Shown here in pieces: positions 12,800-25,115 of a stretch of DNA of 64,000 bases. Each line of letters begins with the position of its first letter. Position 1 is the first letter of the stretch. The notes under the pieces are model-generated. The model was not told the origin of the DNA. It saw only the letters and a list, made by a program, of their open reading frames with translations, and did not search any database. Made by a program: the position numbers and the translations under genes. The DNA comes from Heteronotia binoei (taxonomy: Eukaryota), in the NCBI RefSeq assembly GCF_032191835.1, contig NC_083227.1, forward strand, positions 102,052,001 through 102,116,000, given 5' to 3'.

Positions 12800-14678
12800 A
12801 ATCCTTGAGCCTTCAGATATTTCTTTTTTTAGGTATAAAGTCCGATTTCATATTTTTCATTCTCTCTGGTCTTTGTTATAAAAAGCTAACTTGCATTTGT
12901 TGATAAGGAATGAATTACCTATATTTTCCTTCAATTATACTAAAACATTTTTTACTGCCAAGGGTCTTCTACCAATCTCCTCTCCTTCTACCAGTCTCCT
13001 ACTCCTTTGGGTCCCCTGAGTGTTAGGGGTAGGAAAATGGCATAAAGGACACTTTTGTTTTGTGTTGGCTAAAAAACTTGGTTACCATGAGCTGAAGGTT
13101 ACGAAGAACTTGTGAAATTGATTTACATTCTATTAATTAATGTTTACAGAAGTCACAGAAAATCACACAAAACCACTGGATCCAGTCTGCAGGGTAGTGA
13201 CACAGGAGCTATCTGTGGGCATTTTGAGCACTGTTCACCTTTCTGGTCCCTACACCATGTTTCGGGAAAGTGGGCAGAGCCTCTGGGCTTGTAATTTACA
13301 GGTGGCTCCCGCTTTGAAATAGCTGAAGAATGGATAAGCTGTAAGCCTCCGTGAAGTGTAGGCATACCAGGCATGGAAGTAAACATGGTTCTTTTGATTA
13401 ATGGTGATTCTGAGTGGGGCTCTTCATGAGCCACACAATGCTAACCACAGACCCTTGCTGTAACAACAGTACAAGTCATCCTGTGGGAATGAAGGAAGAT
13501 TCTAAGGATAATGGTTTACATTAAAAGGGATGAAGCACAACAAAACTTTTACAGAATCTAGACATTTAAGCTTCAGCTTCTCTTTTTTACATCTAGACCT
13601 CATTACAAGTGTTGGATGGTTGAAGGAAAAAAATGCAAGATACGTTTTTAAAGTTCACAGATATATAAAACAAAACATGCATTTCAGTACAATTTCAGAT
13701 GCAGTAGTAGCATCCAGTATTTTCCTTGAAAAATTATGCCTCTTCATAATTCTTAAAAAATAACTAGCTGTTGAATAGTCATGTTGCAAAGCAGCACACA
13801 GCATGCAGGAATAACAGCAGGGGCTACTCCTGCCAATATGCTGTTTTTTTATTTGTTCCAGGAAATCAGGCTGGCTACAGCTAAATAAAATGTTATGCTT
13901 TAAGAACATGTGGTGCGACCCAGACCAAAGCAATATATGTATCAAATGCTACTAATCTTGTAGCAGTTATTATTCCCAGATGCTTCAAATGTGTTAGAGA
14001 ATTCTCATCTTTTTAGTTTGTCCTTAATAATTTTGAAAGTAAAACCTTCAAAATACCTTCTCTCAGGAAAACAAAAATAACAGAATGAAGCCAATCACAC
14101 AGAGTGCTTTTTACCACTCATCAAGACTGTGAAGAATAAATAAAGCTTCAAGTGTAGTAGCTTTCATTACTGAAATAACTTCTCACCAAAAAGGACAGAA
14201 GCAGAAAATCAGATTCAGTCATGAAAGACAAGGTAAAGCAGAAAACAAATGTTACTCATGATATGGAACAGATTTTTGAAATACCTCCAAAAAAGTATGG
14301 ACTACTACATGTGATTATATTTCATTCTTACAAGGTAAATGAAAGCCTAAAACTGCTCCCAGATCTTGACAGGATGAAAAAGGCAAATAAAACACTTCAA
14401 ATCTGTTATTTAACATAATTTTAGAGATCTCTATATGGGGACAGCTTCCCATGTGAAAACAGATGTCGTAAAGGCACATTAAAACAACTAAAATGACTGA
14501 GCCTGAGGTCTAGTCAACTGTTACTTTTCCACATACTTAGCATAGTGTTGATTAAATTTCATTCTCAAACCATGTATGCACAACCTAATTTGAAATACCT
14601 AAATAAATCACAGAGGAGTGCAAAGCAAGTAATCAACTTCAAAACAAATTTAATGGCCAACAATTATACAGGATAGTT

Positions 14679-14801
14679 TCAGTTTTTAGAATGCCTTTTT
14701 ACTTTTCTGTCTGCTGGCTTCTTATCATCTGTTGCAGGTTCCTGGACAGGCAACCACTTCAGAGGATTGCGACGGTATATGGGCCACGGAGGGAGTGTTA
14801 G
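14679..14801 (-). CDS. SPCS1: SPCS1 exon 4 (last coding)
   Basis: [21 protein letters not shown]...KRHSKN*; cag acceptor. Confidence 0.97.
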   Translation of the reverse strand, partial: LTLPPWPIYRRNPLKWLPVQEPATDDKKPADRKVKRHSKN

Positions 14802-15772
14802 CTGTAGAAGACATTTTAAAGTAAATCCAGAGCAGACCTGTTCCCAGTTGTCCAGTTTTTATGAAAACTGTCTTTTTGATTAAATTTCAGAAATGTTTAT
14901 TTTTTTTATTTTTATCAAATTTATATCCCACCCTCCCCAGGCGGGCTCAGGGCGGCTAACAACAGTTAAAACAACAAAAAATATTAAACAGAATATGCAA
15001 TAAAATAATTTCCACACATTTTACAATCATTAAAAGTCCAAGATGCACATTGATGTTAGTATAGGAAAGGTTAAATAGGAAGCCTTAAAAACAAGGCTGT
15101 ACAAGGCTGTTCTATATGACAAAGTGAGAATTAAGGGCACAACTCAAAAGTAGATCAAAACCCTCTTGCAGGTAGATTGTGGAGCCAGGTGAGCTAGGAG
15201 AAGAGGCTCATTGGCAAATTTGTGTTTGCCTCAGCATAACATGCAAAATAGCCAAGAAATACAGTCACTGATATAAGATCCCTGTGATATGTTGAAGCAG
15301 TATAGAATTAGTTTGCAAAGTGGTCCTGAAAAGCATGTTGTTTAGAAATGGAAGCCACTTCAAAGAGTTTTAGGATGGACTTATATCAGGGATGGCCAAA
15401 CTGCGGCTTAGGAGCAGTATGTGTCTTTCATTCATATTGTGTGGCTCTCAAAGCCCCCACTGCCCCATCAGCTGGCTTGGAGAACAAATTTAAAAGTTGC
15501 TTTCTTTCCACCTCTTCCTCCCCCAATCTATTTTCCTTCCTTCCTGCTCTCAAACATCTGGCGTGCATGTCTCGCGGCTCTCAAACATTATTTTTTTTAT
15601 GTGGCTCTTGTGTTAAGGAAGACTGGCCATCCCTGGACTATAATTATCTTATGTTCACCTTGCATGGTGCACATATATGTTGCAGTTGTGTCCTACCACA
15701 GCATTTTCTGGACTTTTAGTAACTCAGCTGCATTTTATAATTTTCTCTGCTATAATAAGATCACATTCTTAC

Positions 15773-15859
15773 CAGGCAAGACAAAGCAAATCCAGCCATT
15801 ACTATGTAAACTGTCCATCCAAATTGTTCAGTGATGTATCCATAAATGAAACCAATTAC
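15773..15859 (-). CDS. SPCS1: SPCS1 exon 3
   Basis: [29 protein letters not shown]; tag/gtaag boundaries. Confidence 0.97.
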
Positions 15860-16278
15860 CTACAAAAAACAACTGAAATAAGTCAAAGGAAAAAGCAACA
15901 TGACTGAATGTATAAAATGAGCAGCAAAATAGTCACTGACTTCTATATTTGTGTTGGAAAAAAACAGCAGTTATACACTAGAACCTTTATCCTTAAGAGT
16001 TCAGTGCATATTGTAATCTAAAATATCAATGAGGCAGCTGGCTAGAAATCCATAATAAAAATAAACCAAAATGAAAACCATTGAGCTACAGGAATATCAC
16101 CTATCAACAGAAAACAATATAAAATTATACAAAACATATTTTTAGGTTTACTACTGACATCTAAGTCTTCTGTACTTTCAATCAAAGATTAAATTGGCCT
16201 GACAATATGTGGGATGCTTCTTTTAACTATATACATGTATATACCGCAATTTTTCTTGTCTTTTAAAAAAATACTTAC

Positions 16279-16338
16279 AGCAGACACAAGGATGATGCCT
16301 TGGAAAATCTGTTCTGCTAATTTTTGGCCTTTGTAGTC
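16279..16338 (-). CDS. SPCS1: SPCS1 exon 2
   Basis: DYKGQKLAEQIFQGIILVSA; cag/gtaagt boundaries. Confidence 0.97.
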
Positions 16339-17699
16339 CTGTGGAAAAAGAAAGACGTGATTCTTTCTCCCAAGTCTCATGGCTTCTTATAGATTTTGAT
16401 AGGCAGAGTATGAGAATGGAAGCAGGGATAAAAGAAGAGAGGCAGGGAATGACGGTGACTCCTAGATCCTACAGCTTGAACCTACTCACAGCTTATGTCT
16501 TTTCATAACTGAGGATATAGTAAGGTTACATGACTTCCATGGTATTTATGATCAATCAGCTTTAGATACAAACCTGTATATGGAACCTTCTGGCCATAAA
16601 TCTGCCAAGCCCTTTTGCCTAGCAAGAAACACACAACTATATGGTTCTATCCTGTACAGACAAAAGCAGACTCAGCTTTAGTTAGCAGTGGATTTAAGAA
16701 TCACAGAATTGTTTAGTTGCCTGTTTCCAGTTTGAAATACCTCATTACATTCTCCAGAGTTCCAACCCCCCTGCCCAAAAAAGCCCTTTTGTATACTGGC
16801 TGTGGTCTTTTGCTGACCACCAAGAAATGTTTCTTCATGGCAGTCTTATCGTGCTGTATGCATGCCACAGCCAGTATGGTCCTGTGTTAGCAATGAAGAA
16901 GTCAAATAATAATGGTGAGCAATTTGTCCACATGGCTGTCTTCACATGACTGCACTAACGTGGAACAATTCATAATTATCAAAATTCTGCTATCATGCTT
17001 AGGTTATGTCATTTATAACATCTATTGTTCTCTATAAAAGAAGCACTTACATGATGAAGTAATGTAAGAAAATACCAATCACAAGCTTGCTATCTCAAAA
17101 CACCCAGAACCCCTAACCCATTTAAATTGGCTTAAGCATACATACATGAAAGCCTCCCTGAATCCAACTAACTTTTCAGTAAATAAGCATGGGATTGGGT
17201 TACGAGTGACACGTTCACACTACAGTAAATTTTTACATTCAGATTTTTGCTATTCTTACACAGTAAAAATTCAGATGTAAAACGCATTATTTAGTGTTGT
17301 GTGAAAGCATCAGAGATGTCCTCTTTTTAGTTTGGAAGGTTAAGAATATTCCTAGTTAGCAGCAATTACTACAGCTTAAATTGTACGAGTATTTAAAAAT
17401 GAGAACTGTCATAGTGCTCACTTGTTTGCGGTCAGTAGTCGCAAAAAAAATTTTGGTTTTCAAAGCATGGTAACCTAGACATAGGCTGAAACCATACGTC
17501 GTCTACCGATTTCAGCTAAAGGCTGCAATCCTCCCCATACTTCAATCCACTTAAAACCAAGGGACTGAGCAAATACACTTTTAGAGATTCGAAACATCTG
17601 CTCTGAAAGTGGGGCATACATTTCTCAAGCAATCGTTTGGAGGGCGGTCCTGCAATCGCCTCCCAGGCTGATCACGGAAGGCCGAACAGGAACAAACCA

Positions 17700-18900
17700 A
17701 GCTGCCCGCTTAAGGACACGTATGCTTCACGATCGCCCTGCGGCCAAAGCAGTTCGGGGGGGGGGGGGGAGAGAAGGGGCTGTGAATGGAGAAGAGCTGT
17801 GGGGCCCCGGGGAGGGGAGGTTTGCAAGCCCTCCACCTGGCCGCCGGGGCACCTAATCCACCCCTCGTCTCCCTTACCATCTGCGTAGGGATGGACCGGA
17901 ATATGCTGAACATTTTGTCCGGCTGCAAAGCCAAGCCTCGAGCACACGGGCCGCTGTCGACGCTGTCCTGGATGAGGGGAGGAGGGGGAGGCGACTCTTG
18001 GGTTTCGTGGGTCTCTGATCCCAAAGCGGAAGCTGAGTCGGAGTCTGAGCCAGGCCCGGGAAGCTTGACCAAGGGGGGCTGCGCAGCCTGTAAGGGATCG
18101 CGCAGAGAACTGCCTGAGGAAGGATCAGCGGGCGCTTCGGGCTCTTGAGTGGCGGGCGCTGCCGAGCTCGCCGGATTCGGCGTTTTGTTCTCGGGCCGCG
18201 CAACCTGCAAGAGATCGCGCAGAGAAGTGGCGCCTGCAGCCGAGAAGCCCCCTGAGGAAGGATCAGCAGGCACTTCCGGCTCTTGAGGGGCGGATCGAGT
18301 CTGCGAGGCGGCCGCTGCCGAACTCGCTGGATTTGACGCTTTGCTCTTGGCCTGCGCAGCCTGGAAAGAATCGCGCAGAGAACTGGCGTCTGCCGCAGAA
18401 GAGCCAACTGGGGAAGCAAGAGCTTCGGGCGCTTTAGTGGCGGATCGCAAGGCGGGCGCTATTAAGCTCGCCGGAATCGACGTTTTCTTGCCCCGCCTCA
18501 TCTTTCGTGGACTTCCGTCACGGGAAGGTCGAATTATTTCTTCTGTTCAGGTCGATTAGCGCTATTCCACATGCTTATTCCGCTGTTTCCCGCTCGGTAA
18601 CGTTTACCCGAGAAATCCGTAGGCTTATCTAAAGTTTCCAGAACGTTGTGTTCCGTCTCCATGGCAACAGGCACGCAAGAAGGGACAAGGACCCTCCGGC
18701 TGAAGAGGTCCTTACTAACGTGGAGGTTCCTAATACAGTGCCTGCCCAATGTTTAGATGGTCCGCCTTCTCTTAGCGTTTGTAAGTGGCTGAGGCTCTAC
18801 AGTGGCGTTAGGCTTATTTTCTGTCTGTAGTTATTTTCTGCTCAGGCACTGTTTAGCCACCCTGTTAAATTCCAGCCTCTGACAGCTTGCTGTTGTTGAG
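17700..18900. promoter_or_regulatory. CpG-rich bidirectional promoter region of SPCS1/GLT8D1
   Basis: High CpG density between divergent genes; ETS motif (acttccg, about 18511-18517); RFX X-box-like GTCTCCATGGCAAC at 18655-18668. Confidence 0.75.
17878..17913 (-). CDS. SPCS1: SPCS1 exon 1, canonical coding part (MFSIFRSIPTQM)
   Basis: Matches the SPCS1 N-terminus (...SLPTQM|DYKG); gtaagg donor; A at -3. The frame stays open upstream to an ATG at 18501. Confidence 0.93.
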
Positions 18901-20730
18901 TTGGCATTTCTTTCGTGGCTGCTGGACTGTGAAGGGAAGGAATATAAGGATCTCTGTTTTCTGGGCAAACAACCAGGGCTGCTAGGACTAGAAGAAGTTT
19001 CTCGGCTACTCCCGCCTGCTTGCTACAAATACTTACATGTGCGTGAATCTTCCCGTAAGATGTGCCCGTTCTCATACTCTGTGGTTTGATATTGCTTGTT
19101 CTGTTGCTTTTTTGTAAATTACGGAGCAGATCCACTTAGCGGACTAGCCTTTTCCAGACTGTGTCTGGTAAGTGAACAAGTCCTGTTACTTTCTTTAGGA
19201 GGATATGGGCTTTCAGTGTTTAAATCCCACTTGTTGTTCAGTCGCACAGTCGAGTCCGACTCTTTGCGACCCCATGGACCAAGTCACGCCAGGCCCTCCT
19301 ATCTTTCACCATCCTCCGAAGTCTGCTCATATTCGTGTTTGTTACATCAGTAACACCGTCCAGCCATCTCATCTTTTGCCCTCCCCTTCTTCTTTTGCCT
19401 TCTGTCTTTCCTAGCACCAGGATCTTCTACAGGGAGTGCTCCCTTCTCATTTGGTGGCCAAAGTATTTGAGCTTCAGCTTCAGCATCTGACCTTCCAGGG
19501 AACAGTCTGGGTTGATTTCCCTTAGGTCTGACTGATTTGATCTTTTTGCAGTCCAAGGGACTCTCAAGATTCTTCTCCAGCACCACATCTCAAAAGCATC
19601 TATTCTTCTGTGCTCAGCCTTCCTTATGGTCCAGCTCTCACAGCCATACATTACTACTGGGAATACCATCGCTTTGACCTTACAGACTTTTGTTGGCAGG
19701 GTGATGTCTCTACTTTTTATTGTACTGCCCAGGTTCGCCATAGCTGTCCTCCCAAGGAGCAAATGTCTTTTAATTTCATGGCTACAGTCACCATCTGCAG
19801 TGATCTTGGATCCCAGAAATGTGAAGTCTGTCACTACTTCCATGTCTTCCCCTTCTATATGCCAAGGTGTGATGGGGCCAGATGCCATGATCTTAATTTT
19901 TTTGATGTTGAGTTTCAAGCCTATTTTTGTGTTCTTTAGGTCCTCCTCACTTTCTGCCATTAGAGTTGTATCATCTGCATATCTCAGGTTGTTGATGATT
20001 TTCCCGGCAATCTTAATTCCAGTTTCTGCTTCATCCAGGCCAGCATTCCACATGATGTACTCTGCATATAAATTAAATAAGAAGGATGACAATATACATC
20101 CTTGCTGAACTCCTTTTCCTATTCTAAACCAATCAGTTGTTCCATATCCCGTTCTGACTGTTGCTTCTTGATCCTTATACAGGTTTCTCAGGAGACATGT
20201 AAGGTGGTCTGGTACTCCCATCTCTTTAAGGATTTGCCACAGTTTGTTGTGATCCACACAATCAAAGGCTTTAGCATAGTCAATGAAACAGAAATAGACG
20301 TTTTTCTGATACTCCCTTGCTTTCTCCATAATCCAGCGAATGTTGGCAATTTGATCTCTAGTTCCTCCACCTCTTCGAAACCCAGCTTGAACTTCTGGTA
20401 GTTCCCGATGTACATACTGCTGAAGCCTAGCTTGTAGGATCTTTAACATGACCTTGCCAGCATGTGAAATGAGTGCAATGGTGTGATAGTTTGAACATTC
20501 TTTGGCATTAGCCTTCTTTGGGATTGGAATATAAACTGATCTTTTCCAATCCTATTGCCACTATTGTGTTTTCCAAACTTGTTGACATAATGTGTGCATC
20601 ACTTTAACAGCATCATCTTTTAGGACTTGGAATAGCTCAACTGGGCTACCGTCATCTCTGCTCACTTTGTTGTTAGTAATGCTTTCTAAAGCCCATTTGA
20701 CTTCACACTCCAGGATGTCTGGCTCATGGT

Positions 20731-21070
20731 CAGTTTGGTATAGTGGTTAAGTGTGCAAACTCTTATCTGGGAGAACCGGGTTTGATTCCCCACTCCTCCA
20801 CTTGCACCTGCTGGCATGGCCTTGGGTCAGCCATAGCTCTGGCAGAGGTTGTCCTTGAAAGGGCAGCTGCTGTGAGAGCCCTCTCAGTCCCACCCACATC
20901 ACAGGGTGTCTGTTGTGGGGGAGGAAGGTAAAGGAGATTGTGAGCTGCTCTAAGACTCTTGGAGTGGAGGGCGGGATATAAATCCAATTTTTTCTTCTTC
21001 TTCTTCTTCTCCTTCTTCTCCTTCTTCTTCTCCTTCTTCTTCTTCTCCTTCTTCTTTCTTCTTCTTCTTT
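20731..21070 (+). mobile_element. tRNA-derived SINE (Squam3-like) with (ttc)n tail, inserted in BovB
   Basis: tRNA-like head (tagtggttaa, ggtttgattcccc); near-identical to the 8720 copy. Confidence 0.85.
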
Positions 21071-21757
21071 GTTAAGGACATTGAGATCTTTTTTTGTATA
21101 ACTCTTCTGTGTATTCTTGCCAACTCTTCCTGATCTCTTCTGCTTCTGTTAGGTCCCTACCGTTTTTGTCCTTTATCATGGCCATTTTTGCACGAAACAT
21201 TCCCTTGATTTCTCCAATTTTCTTGAAGAGATCTCTTGTCCTTCCTATTCTATTATTTTCCTCTATTGCTTTGCATTGTCCCTTCAGGAAGGCCTCCTTG
21301 TCTCTCCTTGCTGTTCTCTGAAAATCTGCATTCAGATGGGTGAATTTTTCAATTTCACCTTTGCCTTTCGCTTTCCTTCTTTCCTCAGCTATTTGTAAAG
21401 CCTCATCAGACAGCCACTTTGCTTTCTTGCATTTCTTTTTCTTTGGGATGGTGCTGATTGCTGCCTTCTGTACAATGTCAAGAACCTCCGTCCATAGTTC
21501 TTCAGGCACTCTGTCTATCAACTCTAGTTCCTTAAACCTATTCTTCACCTCCACTGTATATTCATAAGGGATGTGATCAAGGTCAAACGTGAATGGCCTA
21601 ATGGCTTCCCCAGTTTTCTTCAGTTTAAGCCTGAATTTTGCAATGAGTAGCTCATGATCTGAGCCACAGTCAGCTCGGGGTAGGGTGACCATAATGTCTG
21701 AAGGCCAGCCAGGGACACGTTGGGGGGGGGGAAGGTAGGAGTGCGCGCGCGTCGCCG

Positions 21758-21950
21758 GAAACAGGAAGTGACGTCACTTCCGGTGACGTCATGCCACCAC
21801 AGGAAACAGGAAGTGACATCACTTCCTGTGACATCATTTCCCCCACGTCACCTGCCGGAAATGGGAAGTGACATCACTTCCTGTGACATCATTTCCCCCA
21901 AATGCCACTGCCGGAAACAGGAAGTGACTTCACAGCACTTCCTGTGACAT
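21758..21950. repeat. About 55-bp tandem repeat of the dyad ggaagtgacatcacttcc
   Basis: About 4 degenerate copies of (ca)ggaagtgac(a/g)tcacttcc. Confidence 0.85.
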
Positions 21951-22394
21951 CCCCAAAAATCCCCCAAATATCACCGCCGGAAACAATTTTGTTCTGAAAT
22001 CCTGTATATACTTCATCAGTATATGGGATAAGGCACTTTCTCAACTGTGCTGCATAATGCAGCCTATTTATTTTGTCCTGTTTGCTCTGTTGGCTCTATC
22101 TGCGCCACCTTCATCACTTTCGGGGTGTGGATCCCCCAGTGGGGTGGTCTCCCGACTCCCTCCGCCGGCTGTTTCTGATAGCCCTGCGCCCCCTCTTTCA
22201 TTTGATATGTGTCCCGTGCGGGTGCCACCCTCCCGCCGGGAGATGCCGCAAAATGAGCCCCCTTGAGGCTTATGGCGGCAGGGCTTGGGGGAAGCGAGCT
22301 AGACTGCTGTTCTTTTGAGGGGTCCTGCGGCGGCGGCCTCTCCTATGCTTCCCTGGCCTCCGCCGGGCCCCGCGCGCAGGCGGGGAAGGCGGCG

Positions 22395-23130
22395 AGGAAG
22401 GGAGGGAGCTGCCGGCGCTGGCCTCTGGAGGCCCCCAGGGACCAGCACCGGGCCTCTCCGCTACCGGCGCTGGCCTCTGGAGGCCTCCAGGGACCAGCGC
22501 CGGCTGCTCCGCAGCCTCTCCGCAGCCTCTCCGCAGCCTCCGCTGGTCGCTGGGGGCCCTCCAGAGACTCTGGAAGGCCCCCAGCGACCAGCGGAGGCCG
22601 CGGAGAGGCCTTCGCTGGTCGGCGCTGGTCCCGGAAGGCCCTCCAGAGTCTCTGGAAGGCCTTCCGGGACCAGCACCGGCTGCTCCGCGGCCTCTCCGCG
22701 GCCTCCGCTGGTCGCTGGAGGCCCTCCAGAGTCTCTGGAGGGCCTCCAGGGACCTCTGGAGGGCCTCCAGGGACCAGCGGAGGCCGCAGAGAGGCCTTCG
22801 CTGGTCGGCGGTGGTCCCGGAAGGCCTTCCAGAGTCTCTGGAAGGCCTTCCGGGACCAGCGCCGGCTGCTCCGCGGCCTCTCCGCGGCCTCCGCTGGTCC
22901 CTGGAGGCCCTCCAGAGACTCTGGAGGGCCTCCAGGGACCAGCGGAGGCCGCGGAGAGGCCTTCGCTGGTCGGCGGTGGTCCCGGAAGGCCTTCCAGAGG
23001 CTCTGGAAGGCCTTCCGGGACCAGCGCCGGCTGCTCCGCGGCCTCTCCGCGGCCTCCGCTGGTCCCTGGAGGCCCTCCAGAGACTCTGGAGGGCTTCCAG
23101 CGACCAGCGGAGGCCGCGGAGAGGCCTCCG
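22395..23130. repeat. GC-rich tandem array, 165-bp period, palindromic units
   Basis: Unit starts at 22550, 22715, 22901 (extra 21-nt duplication) and 23066. Confidence 0.92.
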
Positions 23131-24596
23131 CCACCGCTGCCGGCCCCGCGCGTGGGCGGGGAAGGCGGCGAGTGAGGGAGGGAGCGTCCCTGCGCGTGCG
23201 CAGGGGCCCTGCGCAGGCGCAGGGATGCTCCCTCCCTCACTCGCCGCCTTCCCCGCCGGCGCCCGCGGCCCACCGCCTCCGGGGCTGGCTAAACCGGGAC
23301 CTCTAAATGGTCCCGGTATAGCCAGCCCGGGAGGCGGGAATAGGGGGCCAGAACCGGGACATTCCCGGGCTCCCGGGACGGTCTGGCCACCCTAGCTCGG
23401 GGTCTTGTTTTTGCTGACTGTAAGGAGCTTCTCCATCTTTGACTGCAGAGTATATAATCAATCTGATTTCTGTGTTGCCCATCAGGTAATGTCCATGTGT
23501 AGAGTCACCTTTTAGGTTGTTGGAAGAGGGTGTTCGCTATGACCAGTTTGTTCTCTTGACAAAACTCTATTAGCCTTTACCCGGCTTCATTTTGTTCTTC
23601 GAGGCCAAATTTGTCAGTTGTTCCAGTTACCTTTTGACTTCCTACTTTGGCATTCCAGTCCCCTATGATGAGGAGGACATTTTTTGTGTGTGTGTTAATT
23701 CTAAAAAGTGTTGTAGATCTTCATAGAACTGGGCCACTTCAGCCTCTTCTGCATCAGTGGTTCCCCAACTTAGACTTGTATTACTGTGATATTGAATGGT
23801 TTGCCTTGGATACGGACCGAGATCATTTTATCATTTTTGAGATTGTAGCCCATTTCTGCCTTCCTCACTCTTGTTAACGATAAAGGCCACATCATTTCTT
23901 TTATGGGACTCTTGCCCACAATAATAGATGTAGTGATCCTCTGAGTTAAATTCATCCATTCCTGTCCGTTTTAGTTCGCTGATTCCCAAGATGTCGATGT
24001 TCAGTCTTGCCATCTCTTGTTTGACTACATCCAGCTTACCTTGATTCATAGACCTTACATTCCATGTTCGAATGCAGCATTGTTCTTTGCAGCATTGGAC
24101 TGTTCTTTCACTATCAGACACATTCACAGCTGAGCGTCTTTTCGGCTTCGGCCCATCTGCTTCACTCTTCCTGTGGTTACTTGGACTTGCCCTCCGCTCT
24201 TCCCCAGTAGCATATTGGGCACCTTCTGACCTGAGGGGCTCATCTTCTAGCGCCATATCTTTTAGCCCTTTGTTACTGTCCATGGAGTTTTCTTGGCAAG
24301 GATACTGGAGTGGCAAGGATACTGGAGTGGTTTGCCATTTCCTTCTCCAGTGTATCACATTTTGTCTGGGTTCTCAGCTGTGGCATGTCCATCTTGGGTG
24401 GCCCTGCATGGCATATCCCACAGCCTCACTGAACCGCACAAGCCCTCTCGCCACATCAAGGCAGCAATCCATTAAAATCCCATTAAAAGATTATAATTTT
24501 ACATACTTTTGATCTATTATTTGATTTCTGTCATGCCTTTCAAGTCAGAACGATCCCCACAGAAGGATTATATCAGATGATGAAATACCATTCAAC

Positions 24597-24787
24597 CAGT
24601 GTTCCCTGTAAGGTGAGATAGCATAGCTAGTTCACAGATTTTTAGCCTCTAGCTCACGCATTTCTGTCTTAGCTCAAGAAGGATGACCCCAGAGCACACT
24701 TTTATTCAGCAGCTCACAACTTTAATGCCAGTAGCTCACAAAGCAGAATTTTTGTTCACAAGTCTCTGCAGCTTAGAGGAAACATTG
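24597..24787. mobile_element. hAT MITE
   Basis: TIR cagtgttccc/ggaaacattg; perfect TSD cattcaac; a second copy lies at 57820-58012. Confidence 0.85.
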
Positions 24788-25115
24788 CATTCAACGGTGG
24801 TTCCTTCCATCCTCTCTGGCACATAGTGTTGTGCCATCATTGGCTGTAACTATGAGAAATTTAGGCAGAAATTTGGATACATGGAGTAAAGGTTCTCATG
24901 CAATTCAAACAAAATCAAATGTTCCTGTGCTACAAAGTAGATCCTGAATATGCAAAAACTGAAATCAGTTTTACAGTATTCATAAACTGCAAAGCACTGC
25001 AAGGTATTTAATTACATGTTGCAAAAATGAATCTCTTTGTCGTGTGGTGGTTGGGTAGTAACTGATAGCATGAGAGGCTATATTAAAATGTGAATGATCA
25101 AGACTTATTTGCAGA

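Larger units (their letters stand above)
21681..23394. mobile_element. Non-autonomous hAT-type DNA transposon inserted in BovB
   Basis: TIRs tagggtgacca / tggccacccta; perfect 8-bp TSD gctcgggg (21673-21680, 23395-23402). Confidence 0.9.
19231..24470 (-). mobile_element. Near full-length RTE-BovB LINE with two nested insertions
   Basis: 5' region with APE endonuclease start (TWNVRSMNQGKLDVV, DILGISELK), ADCGSDH, RT (YADD) and BovB tail; about 3.2 kb after removing the insertions. Confidence 0.94.

Noticed and set aside
22395-23130. Regularly spaced palindromic repeats resembling a CRISPR array
   Set aside because: Eukaryotic intron, no unique spacers (whole units repeat), and no cas genes.
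22263-23395. Long ORFs (347, 286, 270, 263, 194 aa) on both strands
   Set aside because: Produced by a stop-poor GC-rich array whose 165-bp period is a multiple of three; open in several frames at once, no recognisable domain, and inside a MITE.
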